64,000 bases of DNA from Acidobacteriota bacterium (GTDB lineage Bacteria > Acidobacteriota > UBA6911 > RPQK01 > JAJDTT01): NCBI GenBank assembly GCA_965263035.1, contig OZ253580.1:2304001-2368000 (forward strand). The letters run 5' to 3'. Every line of letters starts with the position of its first letter. Position 1 is the first letter of the stretch. Position numbers and translations under genes: made by a program. Positions 48,276 to 57,644 of this stretch are shown here, piece after piece. A model generated the notes under the pieces. It made no database searches. It worked only from the letters and a program-made list of their open reading frames with translations, and was not told the origin of the DNA.

Positions 48276-49466
48276 CTACCAGTCGCCTTGCGCCAGGAAA
48301 CGGCAGATCCGCTCCATGGCCGGTTCCAGAACCGAAAAGCCGGGAGCCGTACAGACGCGGAAGCTGCCGCCTCCCCCGCGGCCGAAGGCCACTCCCGGAG
48401 CCACCGCCACCTTGCACCTGCGGAGGAGCGCCAAGGCGAAGTCGAAGGAATCTTCCAGACCCTGGACTGCGGGGAACACGTAGAAGGCTCCCGCCGGCTT
48501 CGCCACCGAGACCGAGTCCAGAGAAGCCAGGGCCTGGAAACAGTACTCGTTCCGCTCCTTGAGTTTCTCCACCATCTCCGGGATCCCGTCGTCCCGGTGG
48601 CGGAGCGCCAATTCACCGGCCCGCTGGATCATGGAGGCGGCATGGGAAACGATGAACTCGTTGATCTGGGTACCCTTGGAAATGAAGTCCCGGCGCGAGA
48701 CCACCCATCCCAGCCGCCAGCCCGTCATGCAGTAGCTCTTGGAGAAGGATTGGGCCACCACCACCGCGTCGGACCGATCGGCGATCCGCAGGATCGAAGG
48801 GGCCGCCTCGCCGTGGTAGTAGATGCGCTCGTAGACTTCGTCGGCCAAAAGCCACAAGCCGTTGCGCCGGCAAAAATCCAGCAATCGCTGCTGGTCCCCC
48901 GGGGACGCCACCCAGCCCAGGGGATTGGAGGGGGAGCTGTAGATGAGCAGCCGGGTCCGAGGTGTCAGGGCGGACTCCAGAGCGTCGAAATCGGGAACGA
49001 AACGGCCTTCCCGGCTAAGAAAGGGCACTTCCCTGGGGCGGCCGCTGAAGAGACTCACGATGGCGGCCGCGTTGGGCCAGTTGGGAGTCAGAATCAGCGC
49101 CTCGTCTCCTGGATTCAAGAGGCACCGGATCGACAGGTTGAGGGCCTGGACGCCTGAAGCCGTCACCAGGATCTCCGAGGCGGGGTCCAGCCGAACCTGA
49201 TGGAGCTCGAGATACTTTTCGGCCAGGGCTTCCCGCAGACTGGGCAGTCCCGAGTTTTCGGTATAGAAGGTGTAGCCCTCCGCCATGGCCCGACTCGCCG
49301 CCGCCTTGATGAATTCGGGTGTGGGCATGTCCGACTCGCCGAACTGGAGCCGGATCACTCCCTCCATGGTGAAGGCCACGTCCGCCAGCTCCCGAATCTG
49401 GGAGGGTTTTACCTGAAACACGCTGGAAGCCAGACCGATGCCGGCGCCGGATCTTTCTTTCTGCAT
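48276..49466 (-). CDS. PLP-dependent aminotransferase class I/II
   Basis: PSNPLG, DEVYE, SFSKSYCMTGWRLG. Confidence 0.93.
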   Translation of the reverse strand: MQKERSGAGIGLASSVFQVKPSQIRELADVAFTMEGVIRLQFGESDMPTPEFIKAAASRAMAEGYTFYTENSGLPSLREALAEKYLELHQVRLDPASEILVTASGVQALNLSIRCLLNPGDEALILTPNWPNAAAIVSLFSGRPREVPFLSREGRFVPDFDALESALTPRTRLLIYSSPSNPLGWVASPGDQQRLLDFCRRNGLWLLADEVYERIYYHGEAAPSILRIADRSDAVVVAQSFSKSYCMTGWRLGWVVSRRDFISKGTQINEFIVSHAASMIQRAGELALRHRDDGIPEMVEKLKERNEYCFQALASLDSVSVAKPAGAFYVFPAVQGLEDSFDFALALLRRCKVAVAPGVAFGRGGGGSFRVCTAPGFSVLEPAMERICRFLAQGDW

Positions 49467-49562
49467 TTTTCGGGGCCAGTCTACTACGGCAGCGCGGGTC
49501 GTGAGTCAAACCAGCAGATTGACAGAACGCCCCTCCTGGTCCAGGCTTCGGGTCAATCCAAA

Positions 49563-50237
49563 ATGGAGATTTTTGCCGTTTCCCCATCCTGCCGGAGAAT
49601 GGGCCTCCACTCTCGTGCAATTCTCTTCCGGGAGGTCTCGATCCGGCCCTCGCCCCCCGACTTCCAGGAGCGGGTCCGCCGGGTCGCGGTGGATCTTCGA
49701 TCTCGTTTTCCCACCCCCCGGTCGGTCCGGGAGTCGGCCCCGATGGTGGAACTGCATTCCATCTTCAGAAAGGTGGGTGTCAACCCCCGTAAGCTGCAGC
49801 CCTCCTGTGAAAGGCTCGTGCAGTTGGCCCTGAAGCGGGGCGCCATTCCGGCCATCAGCAACTTGGTGGACAGCTACAATCTGGTGAGCCTCAGGTGGAA
49901 CTGCTCCTTGGGAGCCCACGATCTGGACCGCCTTGCGCTTCCGGTCGAGCTCCGGTTCGCGACCGGAGACGAAACCTTCGTTCCTCTGGGCAGCCGGGAG
50001 CCGGAACCCTTCGGCCGCGGCGAATTCGGGTATGTGGACGCCCAGAATCGCTTGATCTGCCGTCTGGACGTCCGCCAGGCCGACTTCAGCAAGATCACGC
50101 CCGACACCAGTAACGTGCTGCTCATCGTGGGCGCCACCCGGGCTCTGGACCCCGGTGACGTGGATCGGATCCTGGCCGAGACCGTGGACCGGGTCACGGA
50201 AGCCTGTGGAGGCCACGGCCAGATCCTGGCGGAATGA
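49563..50237 (+). CDS. Stand-alone B3/B4 (PheT-like editing) domain protein
   Basis: PS.E.L, ISNLVDSYNLVSL, GAHDLD, GDETFVPLG. Confidence 0.82.
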   Translation: MEIFAVSPSCRRMGLHSRAILFREVSIRPSPPDFQERVRRVAVDLRSRFPTPRSVRESAPMVELHSIFRKVGVNPRKLQPSCERLVQLALKRGAIPAISNLVDSYNLVSLRWNCSLGAHDLDRLALPVELRFATGDETFVPLGSREPEPFGRGEFGYVDAQNRLICRLDVRQADFSKITPDTSNVLLIVGATRALDPGDVDRILAETVDRVTEACGGHGQILAE

Positions 50238-50243
50238 TCGGGT

Positions 50244-51077
50244 ATGACCAGCTTTCGAGATTTCGAGCACGAACGGTGGCAGGAGGCCGTCGAGACCTAC
50301 GCCGGCTTCTGGGCCGGCCTGACCCGCCAGACCGTCCGTCCTCTGTTGGACGCTCTGGAGATCTCCCCGGAAACCCGCCTCCTCGACGTGAGCTGCGGAA
50401 CCGGGCACGTCGCCGCGGCGGCGGCCTCGATGGGAGCCTCGGTGGTCGGGATCGACTTCTCCAGCGTCATGCTGTCTCGAGCCCGCGGCCTCCACCCCAC
50501 TCTGGACTTCCGGCTGGGCGACGCCGAGGAACTGGAATTCCCGGATGAGAGCTTCGATGCCGTCGCCGTCAACTTCGGCATGCTCCACTTCCAACATCCC
50601 GAGCGAGCCCTGGCCCAGGCCCACCGTGTGCTCCGCCCGGGCGGACGAGCCGCCTATACGGTCTGGGCGCCTCCGGACCAGTCCCGGGCCTTCGAAGTCG
50701 TCTACGGCTCCATCCGCGATTACGGCACCCTGGAAGTCCCGTTGCCACCCGGGCCTCCCTTCTTCCGGTTCAGCGACCCGGAGGAGTCGCGCCGTATTTT
50801 GTTGGAAACCGGGTTCCAGGAGCCGCGAATCGAGTCACTACGGCTGACGTGGCGAGTGCCTTCGGCGCGAGCCCTCCTGCGGGCGTTCGAGGAGGGGACG
50901 GCCCGCACCGGTCCCACGTTGTTGGCGCAGAGACCGGAGAACCTGGTCCACATTCGCAGCGCCGTCCTGGAGCGGGCTTCGGCCTACGAAGGCGATGGTG
51001 GACTGGAGGTCCCCATGGTGGCCGTCCTCTGCCGGGGACGAAAGGAGAGTGGCTCATGTTTCGCAGACGATTCCTGA
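50244..51077 (+). CDS. Class I SAM-dependent methyltransferase
   Basis: LLDVSCGTG, GDAEEL.FPDESFD, RVLRPGG. Confidence 0.9.
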   Translation: MTSFRDFEHERWQEAVETYAGFWAGLTRQTVRPLLDALEISPETRLLDVSCGTGHVAAAAASMGASVVGIDFSSVMLSRARGLHPTLDFRLGDAEELEFPDESFDAVAVNFGMLHFQHPERALAQAHRVLRPGGRAAYTVWAPPDQSRAFEVVYGSIRDYGTLEVPLPPGPPFFRFSDPEESRRILLETGFQEPRIESLRLTWRVPSARALLRAFEEGTARTGPTLLAQRPENLVHIRSAVLERASAYEGDGGLEVPMVAVLCRGRKESGSCFADDS

Positions 51078-52819
51078 AGGGCACCCTGGCCGGCCTTGCC
51101 GCCGGATCGGGCCGTCTGACTCGGACTCGAGGCCAGAACCCGCCGCCGGGTTCCCAGGCCGCGGCCGCGGATGCCATCCAACTCTCCCCGAGGCATTTGG
51201 CGGCGGTGAACCGGCGGAGGCGGGTGGCCAAGAACTTCGATGTCCTCTTGGTGGACCCGGACCGGTACCCGAGCGTCGACGCCCTTCTGGAGCACAGGTT
51301 CGCGTTCATCGACGATCCCGGCTCCTGCATCGACAGCGTCTGGTGGAACTGGGGCGAAGGGAACGTGGTTCCCTATCCGAGCGAGTTCCTGCCCAGGTAC
51401 AACCAGCCCGGGTTCCAGCGTTGGCTCCGGGAAGGGGTGGACATCGTCCGAATCTTCCAGGACGAGACCCGAAAGCGGGGCCTGGAGGTGTTCTTCAGCC
51501 ACCGCATGAACGGGTCCGACAACGATCCCCAGTACATCCCCGGACGCGGCACCATCATGGACGACATGAGCCGGCAGAACCCCATCCCACTCAAGCAACA
51601 GCATCCCGACTGGCTCCTCCCGGCGCCCTGGAACCCCAACGGGTACTGGAACTACGCCGTTCAGGGGGTCCGCGACTACGTCTTCCGAAAAATGAAGGAG
51701 GTCGCCGAGGCGTATGAGTTTGACGGAATCGAGCTGGACTTCGCCCGAATGAGCATCCTCTTTCCGGAAGGCCGGGCCTGGGAAAACCGATCTCACCTGA
51801 CCGAGCTGATTCGAAGGCTGCGCCTCATGACGCTGCAGGTGGAGCGCCGCCGGGGACGCCCTTTCCTGCTGGCGGCGCGGGTTCCGGAGAACCTGATGGG
51901 ATGCCATTTCGACGGACTGGACGTGGAGACCTGGATCCGGGAACAGCTCCTGGACCTGGTGGTCCTGGGATGCAGGAACTTCCAGGTGGACGTGCCCGCC
52001 TTTCGAGCAGAGGTGGGAGACCGCCCCATCAAGCTCCTCTGCGCCCTGGACGAGCACCACGCCTCGGACGGTTACGCGGCCGCGCCCATCGAGGTGCTGC
52101 GGGGGGTCTGGTCCAACTGGTACCACCAGGGCGCCGACGGGCTTCAGTCCTTCAATTTCAAGTACGCTCCGGACCCCGGCGAACTGCACTGGCCCAAGCA
52201 CCGGCAGGCCTTCCGGGAGATGGGCGAACCCGGGAGGCTCCGCTTTCTGGACAAGACCTTCGTGGTCCAGCGCCGGGGCGGGGGTCACGGTCCCAGCGTC
52301 ATCCCCGACCCTCACGAGTGGACGACACCCACCCTCTTCTATTTCAACACCAATTTGATGGCCCCCCTGCCGGCGCCCCTGGACAACGCCGGGCGTACGG
52401 CGACGCTGCTCACCCTCTACGTGGGAGACGATGTTCCCGGCGTCTCGGACCGGGTCTCCCTCCTGCGGCTCAGGCTCCTGCTGAACGACCCGGAGGCGGC
52501 GGACGCGCCGGAAGCCGAGAAGATCACTCCGGTTCAGGTCCGGGACAGGATCGTTCCCGAACGCGTGGGCGGTCCTGGTCCGGCACCGATCCGGACCAGT
52601 CCCCCGCGGCGCGGCGTCGAGGACCGGATCCGCGTCCGTCTGAACAACCTCCCCCTGGGTCCGGGCAAGGTGCGCTCCGGTTGGCTGGAGTACCCGGTGC
52701 GGCCCAACCAACTGGCCGGCGGCGAGAATCTGGTGGACGTCCGGGTGACGGGACGGCCGACCGGATGTGTCTCGCCGATCCTGGTCGAGAAGCTGGAACT
52801 GGATGTGAAGTACGGGTGA
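51056..52819 (+). CDS. Tat-exported putative glycoside hydrolase (GHL10/DUF187-like TIM barrel)
   Basis: RRRFLK Tat motif; HPDWLL, WNYA...VR, FDGIELDFAR. Confidence 0.65.
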   Translation: MFRRRFLKGTLAGLAAGSGRLTRTRGQNPPPGSQAAAADAIQLSPRHLAAVNRRRRVAKNFDVLLVDPDRYPSVDALLEHRFAFIDDPGSCIDSVWWNWGEGNVVPYPSEFLPRYNQPGFQRWLREGVDIVRIFQDETRKRGLEVFFSHRMNGSDNDPQYIPGRGTIMDDMSRQNPIPLKQQHPDWLLPAPWNPNGYWNYAVQGVRDYVFRKMKEVAEAYEFDGIELDFARMSILFPEGRAWENRSHLTELIRRLRLMTLQVERRRGRPFLLAARVPENLMGCHFDGLDVETWIREQLLDLVVLGCRNFQVDVPAFRAEVGDRPIKLLCALDEHHASDGYAAAPIEVLRGVWSNWYHQGADGLQSFNFKYAPDPGELHWPKHRQAFREMGEPGRLRFLDKTFVVQRRGGGHGPSVIPDPHEWTTPTLFYFNTNLMAPLPAPLDNAGRTATLLTLYVGDDVPGVSDRVSLLRLRLLLNDPEAADAPEAEKITPVQVRDRIVPERVGGPGPAPIRTSPPRRGVEDRIRVRLNNLPLGPGKVRSGWLEYPVRPNQLAGGENLVDVRVTGRPTGCVSPILVEKLELDVKYG

Positions 52820-52820
52820 G

Positions 52821-52858
52821 TTGACAGTTCTGTATCTAAATTGGATACTATCGTATCC
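52821..52858 (+). promoter_or_regulatory. Sigma70-type promoter overlapped by two inverted repeats (putative operator of the mod regulator)
   Basis: TTGACA-N17-GATACT; GTATC-N7-GATAC and GGATAC-TATC-GTATCC directly before ATG 52859. Confidence 0.65.
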
Positions 52859-53890
52859 ATGCGAAACAGTCTGTCCCGCCGCCGTCGCCGCCTGGACTGG
52901 TCCCAGCAGGAGCTGGCCCGGCGCTCCGGCCTCTCCCGCGCCGCCATCAGCGCCGTCGAGACGGGACGGGTCATTCCTTCCACGGCAGCCGCACTCTCGC
53001 TGGCCCGCGCTTTCGACTGCTCCGTGGAGGAACTCTTCAGCCTGGGAGAGATCGACGGACGGCGCGTTCGCTGGGCCTGGGAGCCCCGGCGCCAACGCGG
53101 ACGATTCTGGCAGGCGAGAGTCGGCGGCAAGACTCTGGTCTTTCCCACCGAGTGGACGCTGGCGGGCAGCCTGCGCCACGACGGCGTCTACGGAGAGAAG
53201 AACCTCGAGCTGACCCGGACCTCGGATCCGGAGAAGACCCTGGTCCTCGCCGGGTGTGACCCGTCGGTGGGTCTGCTCTCCGCCCACGTTCGGGCCGATT
53301 GCGGTCTGCGGGTCCTTCCCCTGATCCGCTCCAGCCGGGAAGCGATCCGGCTTCTGGCACGGGGCCTGGTGCATGCCGCCGGCCTTCATTTCGACCATGC
53401 CGAGAACCTCCGCGCGTCCCGTGAGGCCCTGGGCGAGAACTTCCACCTCGTCCGCGTGGCACGCTGGGAGGCGGGCGTGGCTCTGGACCCGGCTCAGAAG
53501 GCCGTTTCGATCCGGGAAGTCCTGGCCTCGAACCTGCGCTGGGTCGGCCGCGAAGAGGGTTCGGCGGCCCGGCAATGCCTGGATCAGATCCTGGGATCGG
53601 GGGAGAAGCCCACCGGCTACCACCACACGGCCCGCGATCATCACGGAGTCAGCGAGACCATTCGGACCGGCTGGGCCCAGGCCGGGATCTGCGTCCGCCT
53701 GCCGGCACAGGAACGGGGCCTGCGCTTCCTCAAGGTCCGGGAGGAGAGCTACGACCTGTGCTACCGGGCCGACCTGGAGTCCACGCTTCCCATACGGAGT
53801 CTCGTGGAGGTCCTCCGCTCCCGGTCCTATCGATACGATCTGCAGCAACTTCCCGGCTACGAAGCCGTCGGCGCCGGCGACCGGATATAG
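52859..53890 (+). CDS. XRE-HTH plus PBP-like (molybdate-binding) domain transcriptional regulator
   Basis: WSQQELARRSGLSRAAISAVETG; LAGCDP, REEGSAAR, EESYDL; directly upstream of modABC. Confidence 0.85.
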   Translation: MRNSLSRRRRRLDWSQQELARRSGLSRAAISAVETGRVIPSTAAALSLARAFDCSVEELFSLGEIDGRRVRWAWEPRRQRGRFWQARVGGKTLVFPTEWTLAGSLRHDGVYGEKNLELTRTSDPEKTLVLAGCDPSVGLLSAHVRADCGLRVLPLIRSSREAIRLLARGLVHAAGLHFDHAENLRASREALGENFHLVRVARWEAGVALDPAQKAVSIREVLASNLRWVGREEGSAARQCLDQILGSGEKPTGYHHTARDHHGVSETIRTGWAQAGICVRLPAQERGLRFLKVREESYDLCYRADLESTLPIRSLVEVLRSRSYRYDLQQLPGYEAVGAGDRI

Positions 53891-53893
53891 CTA

Positions 53894-53999
53894 GGAGTCT
53901 GCGCGGTAGAAATGATCGTAGCGAGAAAGTGGGGAATCGAGGAAATATGGACCGATTCTACCGCTTTCGCAGTAGATCGATTTCTGCGGCGCAGGCTCC
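53894..53999. mobile_element. MITE family 1, internally deleted copy (106 bp)
   Basis: Both terminal repeats intact, 55 nt missing internally; C-TA[element]TA-G flanks. Confidence 0.88.
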
Positions 54000-54018
54000 T
54001 AGGGCAGCGCAACCTCTC

Positions 54019-54879
54019 ATGCAGAAACGCTCCCTCCCGACCTGCTTCCGTGTCGTTGCCGCAGTACTAATGGTGGCCGCGGCGGCCGCCTGCGGCGCCC
54101 GTGAAGGGAGTCCACCCTCCGTCCTCTTTTTCGCGGCGGCCAGCACCCAGGAAGCTGTCCGGGAGATCTGCAGCCGCTTCGAGGCCCGAAGCCAGGTGCC
54201 GGTGACCCTCAACTTCGCCGCCTCGTCGACCCTGGCGCAACAGATTCTGGCCGGCGCCGGAAGCGACCTCTTCCTCTCCGCCAACGTTCGATGGGTGGAG
54301 GAGGTCATGACGCAGGGCCTGGGTTCCCGGCGGCGGGATCTGTTGGGAAACAAGCTCGTAGTCATCGCCCCGGCGGCGAGCAGCCTCCAGATTCGGAAAC
54401 CGTCGGACCTGCTGGATTCAAGAGTCGCCCGGCTGAGTCTGGCCGATCCCGAGGGCGTCCCGGCAGGAATCTATGCCCGGGAGGCCCTGATGCGCCTCGA
54501 CCTGTGGCGGTCTCTCGAACCCAAGGTGGTGCGCACTTCCGACGTCCGCCAAGCCCTGTTCTTCGTCGAGCAGGGAGAGGTGGAGGCCGGTATCGTCTAC
54601 TCCACCGACCTGCGCATCTCGGAAGCGGTTCGATCCGTCCTGGAACTGGACCCCACCTTGAGTCGGCCCATCGTGTACCCATTGGTCCTCTTGGAATCTC
54701 CCGGCGAGGCGGCCAGACGCTTTTTCGAATACCTCCTCTCGCCCGAATCCGTTGAGGTCTTTCGACGTTACGGGTTTTCGATCCTTCAAGACCAGGCGAC
54801 CAGACTACAGTCCGGGCTTCCGGCCGACCGGCAACCTCCCGTAAAGGCGGATGGAACGACAACGGGAGTCCCATGCTGA
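54019..54879 (+). CDS. modA: Molybdate ABC transporter substrate-binding protein
   Basis: FAAAS, NFAASSTLAQQI, DLFLSAN, VPAGIYA, GIVYSTD. Confidence 0.93.
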   Translation: MQKRSLPTCFRVVAAVLMVAAAAACGAREGSPPSVLFFAAASTQEAVREICSRFEARSQVPVTLNFAASSTLAQQILAGAGSDLFLSANVRWVEEVMTQGLGSRRRDLLGNKLVVIAPAASSLQIRKPSDLLDSRVARLSLADPEGVPAGIYAREALMRLDLWRSLEPKVVRTSDVRQALFFVEQGEVEAGIVYSTDLRISEAVRSVLELDPTLSRPIVYPLVLLESPGEAARRFFEYLLSPESVEVFRRYGFSILQDQATRLQSGLPADRQPPVKADGTTTGVPC

Positions 54880-55559
54880 CCGAACCGGAGTGGAACGCCG
54901 TGGTGACGAGCCTAAAGGTGGCCACCGCTTCCGTGGCCCTGGGCCTGCCGTTCGCCATCGGCCTGGGCTACTTCCTGGCTCGCTGGAGGTCGGCCGGCAA
55001 GTGGATCGTGGAGACGGTGGTAAACCTTCCCCTGGTGTTGCCGCCGGTGGTCACCGGCTACCTGCTCCTGCGTCTGATGGGACGAAACGGTCCCTTGGGC
55101 CAACTGCTGGACGAGTGGCTGGGTTGGCGCGTCATTTTCACCTGGTACGGCGCGGTGGCTGCGGGCGCCATCGTGAGCTTTCCGCTGATGGTCCGTACGA
55201 TTCGGGTTTCCTTCCGGAGCGTGGACACTCGCCTGGAGGAAGCTGCCCGAAGTCTGGGCCGGAGCCGTCTTTCCACCTTCTACCGGGTCAGCCTTCCGCT
55301 GGCCCTGCGGGGAATCGTGGCCGGCTCGGTCCTGGGCTTCGCTCGAACCCTGGGCGAGTTCGGCGCCACCATCATGGTGGCCGGCAACATTCCGGGACAG
55401 ACCCAGACCATTCCCACCGCCATCTACTCCCTGGTTCAGAGCCCGGGAGGAGTGGAGCGGAGCACCCGCCTGCTGCTGGTATCGATCCTGCTGGCCTGCG
55501 TCACGCTGGCGGCCAGCGAGATCCTGGAACGGAGGCGAGAACGCCATGAGTTATCTTGA
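54873..55559 (+). CDS. modB: Molybdate ABC transporter permease
   Basis: LPLVLPPVVTGYLLL; EAA loop; FARTLGEFGATI. Confidence 0.95.
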   Translation: MLTEPEWNAVVTSLKVATASVALGLPFAIGLGYFLARWRSAGKWIVETVVNLPLVLPPVVTGYLLLRLMGRNGPLGQLLDEWLGWRVIFTWYGAVAAGAIVSFPLMVRTIRVSFRSVDTRLEEAARSLGRSRLSTFYRVSLPLALRGIVAGSVLGFARTLGEFGATIMVAGNIPGQTQTIPTAIYSLVQSPGGVERSTRLLLVSILLACVTLAASEILERRRERHELS

Positions 55560-56214
55560 CTTCCAGGCCAGCCACCGATTCTCCACCGGATTCCGTCTCC
55601 AGGCCGAGTTCGAGACGGACCAGTTGGTGACGGCTCTCTGCGGCCCCTCCGGAAGCGGGAAGACGACGATTCTGGAGATGATCGCGGGACTGAAGCAGCC
55701 CCAGCGGGGTCGTATCGAAGTCGGCCGCAAGGTGGTCCTGGATCGGCAGCGGCGAATCATGGTGCCGCCCGAGCGGCGGCGAATCGGGTTCGTCTTCCAG
55801 GATCGCCGGCTCTTTCCCCATCTCACCGTGGGGCGAAACCTGCAGTTCGGTCAGGGTCCGAAGGAGCCGCCGGGAACCGGGATCCGGTTCGACCGGCTGG
55901 TGGAGGTCCTGGATCTGGGGCACCTGCTGAAACGCTATCCCCGCAACCTTTCGGGCGGGGAGCAGCAACGGGTGGCGTTGGGCCGGGCCCTGCTGATCCA
56001 CCCGGAATTCCTGCTCCTGGACGAACCCACGGCCGCCCTGGACGAACCCCTGCGGGACCGCATCCTGGACTACATCGCGCGGGTCATCGAGGAGTGGCGG
56101 ATCCCCACCCTGATCGTGAGTCACGTCCGGGAGGCCGTCCTCCGGCTGGCCAGCCGAACCATCCTGCTGAAACAGGGCAGAATCGTGTCTTCCGGCTCGG
56201 CGTCGTTACTGTAG
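55546..56214 (+). CDS. modC: Molybdate ABC transporter ATPase (short form without TOBE domain)
   Basis: GPSGSGKTT, LFPHLTV, LSGGEQQRVA, LLLDEP. Confidence 0.9.
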   Translation: MSYLDFQASHRFSTGFRLQAEFETDQLVTALCGPSGSGKTTILEMIAGLKQPQRGRIEVGRKVVLDRQRRIMVPPERRRIGFVFQDRRLFPHLTVGRNLQFGQGPKEPPGTGIRFDRLVEVLDLGHLLKRYPRNLSGGEQQRVALGRALLIHPEFLLLDEPTAALDEPLRDRILDYIARVIEEWRIPTLIVSHVREAVLRLASRTILLKQGRIVSSGSASLL

Positions 56215-56366
56215 AAGAGGACGAAAACGGCCGGGCCTGAAGTGAGGAATCAAGAACTCCCCTCTCCCTCGCTGCAACCGCCGTTTCGCAAGATCGACTC
56301 TTTGGGACAATGGCGTATACTAGCGGATACGAACATCGCTCGAACGTGCTTTCCAAGGAGATCGTT

Positions 56367-56987
56367 ATGAAATCTCTCCCCGAGGGCTACTTCGCCGCAC
56401 GAGGCCTCCGCGAAACTTCATTTGAATCGCTGAACCAGGCCCTGATGATCGTTCTCGAACAGATGGAGACGACTGTCTATGGCGACGCCACTCAGGAACT
56501 GACGGCCGCGGAGCAAGCCGTCCTTCGTCAAGGCGGTTTGACCCTGGAACCCCAGCCGGGACCGGATCCACTGGCCAAAACCGTCGTCAAATATGCCGCC
56601 ATCGTCGCACGGAGCCTCTCCAGCAAGGCCGTGAGCCGCAGGCTCGGACTGAGCCCGGGCCGGATTCGGCAGATGATCGCCGAGCGATCCCTGTACAGTT
56701 TCCTGATTGGCCGCCACAGGTACATTCCGGATTTCCAGTTCCAGGGTAACCGGTTGGTGCCCAATATCGCGGCAGTCAACAAGGCGCTCCCGCATGATCT
56801 GCACCCTGTCGAGGTGTACAACTGGTATCACCTGCCGAACCTCAATCTGTTCCTCGATGAGAACATCGATGACACCGTCAGACCCCTGGATTGGCTGAAG
56901 GGAGGATACGACGCTGAGCGGGTGGTGTTCCTCGCCAACAGCATGGACGGGCAACATGGCCAAGCTTCCCAGGACACCAGACCGTGA
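56367..56987 (+). CDS. Putative antitoxin/DNA-binding partner of the RES toxin
   Basis: Central HTH-like LSSKAVSRRLGLSPGRIRQ, IPDFQF, C-terminal PLDWL; overlaps the RES gene. Confidence 0.7.
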   Translation: MKSLPEGYFAARGLRETSFESLNQALMIVLEQMETTVYGDATQELTAAEQAVLRQGGLTLEPQPGPDPLAKTVVKYAAIVARSLSSKAVSRRLGLSPGRIRQMIAERSLYSFLIGRHRYIPDFQFQGNRLVPNIAAVNKALPHDLHPVEVYNWYHLPNLNLFLDENIDDTVRPLDWLKGGYDAERVVFLANSMDGQHGQASQDTRP

Positions 56988-57594
56988 ATATCTCCGACGA
57001 CTTCCTCCCAGCCTGATTTCCCTACCCACCGGGACCCTGCTACACCGAATTTACCGGCGCGGCGGTGACCATCCGGCCCAATGGCCCGATTTCAGACATT
57101 TTGGACCTACTGTCGCTCGCTTCGATCATCAAGAGCGCGACGGCACGGGCCGAGCACACGTCCACACGCGGGGAATCCTCTATCTTGCCACCGATGTTCC
57201 GACCGCATTGGCGGAAGTCTTTCAGAAACGACGCACCGTCAATCGGACCCGTCTGCAGCCCTGGCTGGTGTCGTTCACGCTGGCCAACGACCTGTCACTG
57301 CTCGACCTGACGGGCACTTTCTGCGTCCGAGCCGGAGGTTCCATGAAACTGGTCAGCGGACCGCCCATCTTCGCACAAAACTGGTCGCGTGCATTGTACG
57401 AATGCTACGAGGACATTCATGGCCTCTACTACCCCTCTTCCCTTACCAACCGGCCTGTGATCGCACTCTACGAACGCGCCCTCTCCGTCATTCCGTTCCC
57501 GGATACGCCCGTCTTCCACCGCGAGTTGAGCAGTGCCCTGCTGATTGAACCTTTGCGAGACGCATGCCAGGAAATCGGTTACGACTTCTTCTGA
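56956..57594 (+). CDS. RES domain protein (NAD+-targeting toxin family)
   Basis: R (RFDH), E (ALAEVF), S (GLYYPSS), ALYER. Confidence 0.88.
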   Translation: MAKLPRTPDREYLRRLPPSLISLPTGTLLHRIYRRGGDHPAQWPDFRHFGPTVARFDHQERDGTGRAHVHTRGILYLATDVPTALAEVFQKRRTVNRTRLQPWLVSFTLANDLSLLDLTGTFCVRAGGSMKLVSGPPIFAQNWSRALYECYEDIHGLYYPSSLTNRPVIALYERALSVIPFPDTPVFHRELSSALLIEPLRDACQEIGYDFF

Positions 57595-57644
57595 TCGGTG
57601 ACGGCGGTAGGTGCGCCTCCTCGGGAGGTGCCGTATCGGAAGGG

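Noticed and set aside
53575-54018. Long N-terminal extension of ModA
   Set aside because: It reads through the regulator gene and a MITE; the signal peptide begins at ATG 54019.
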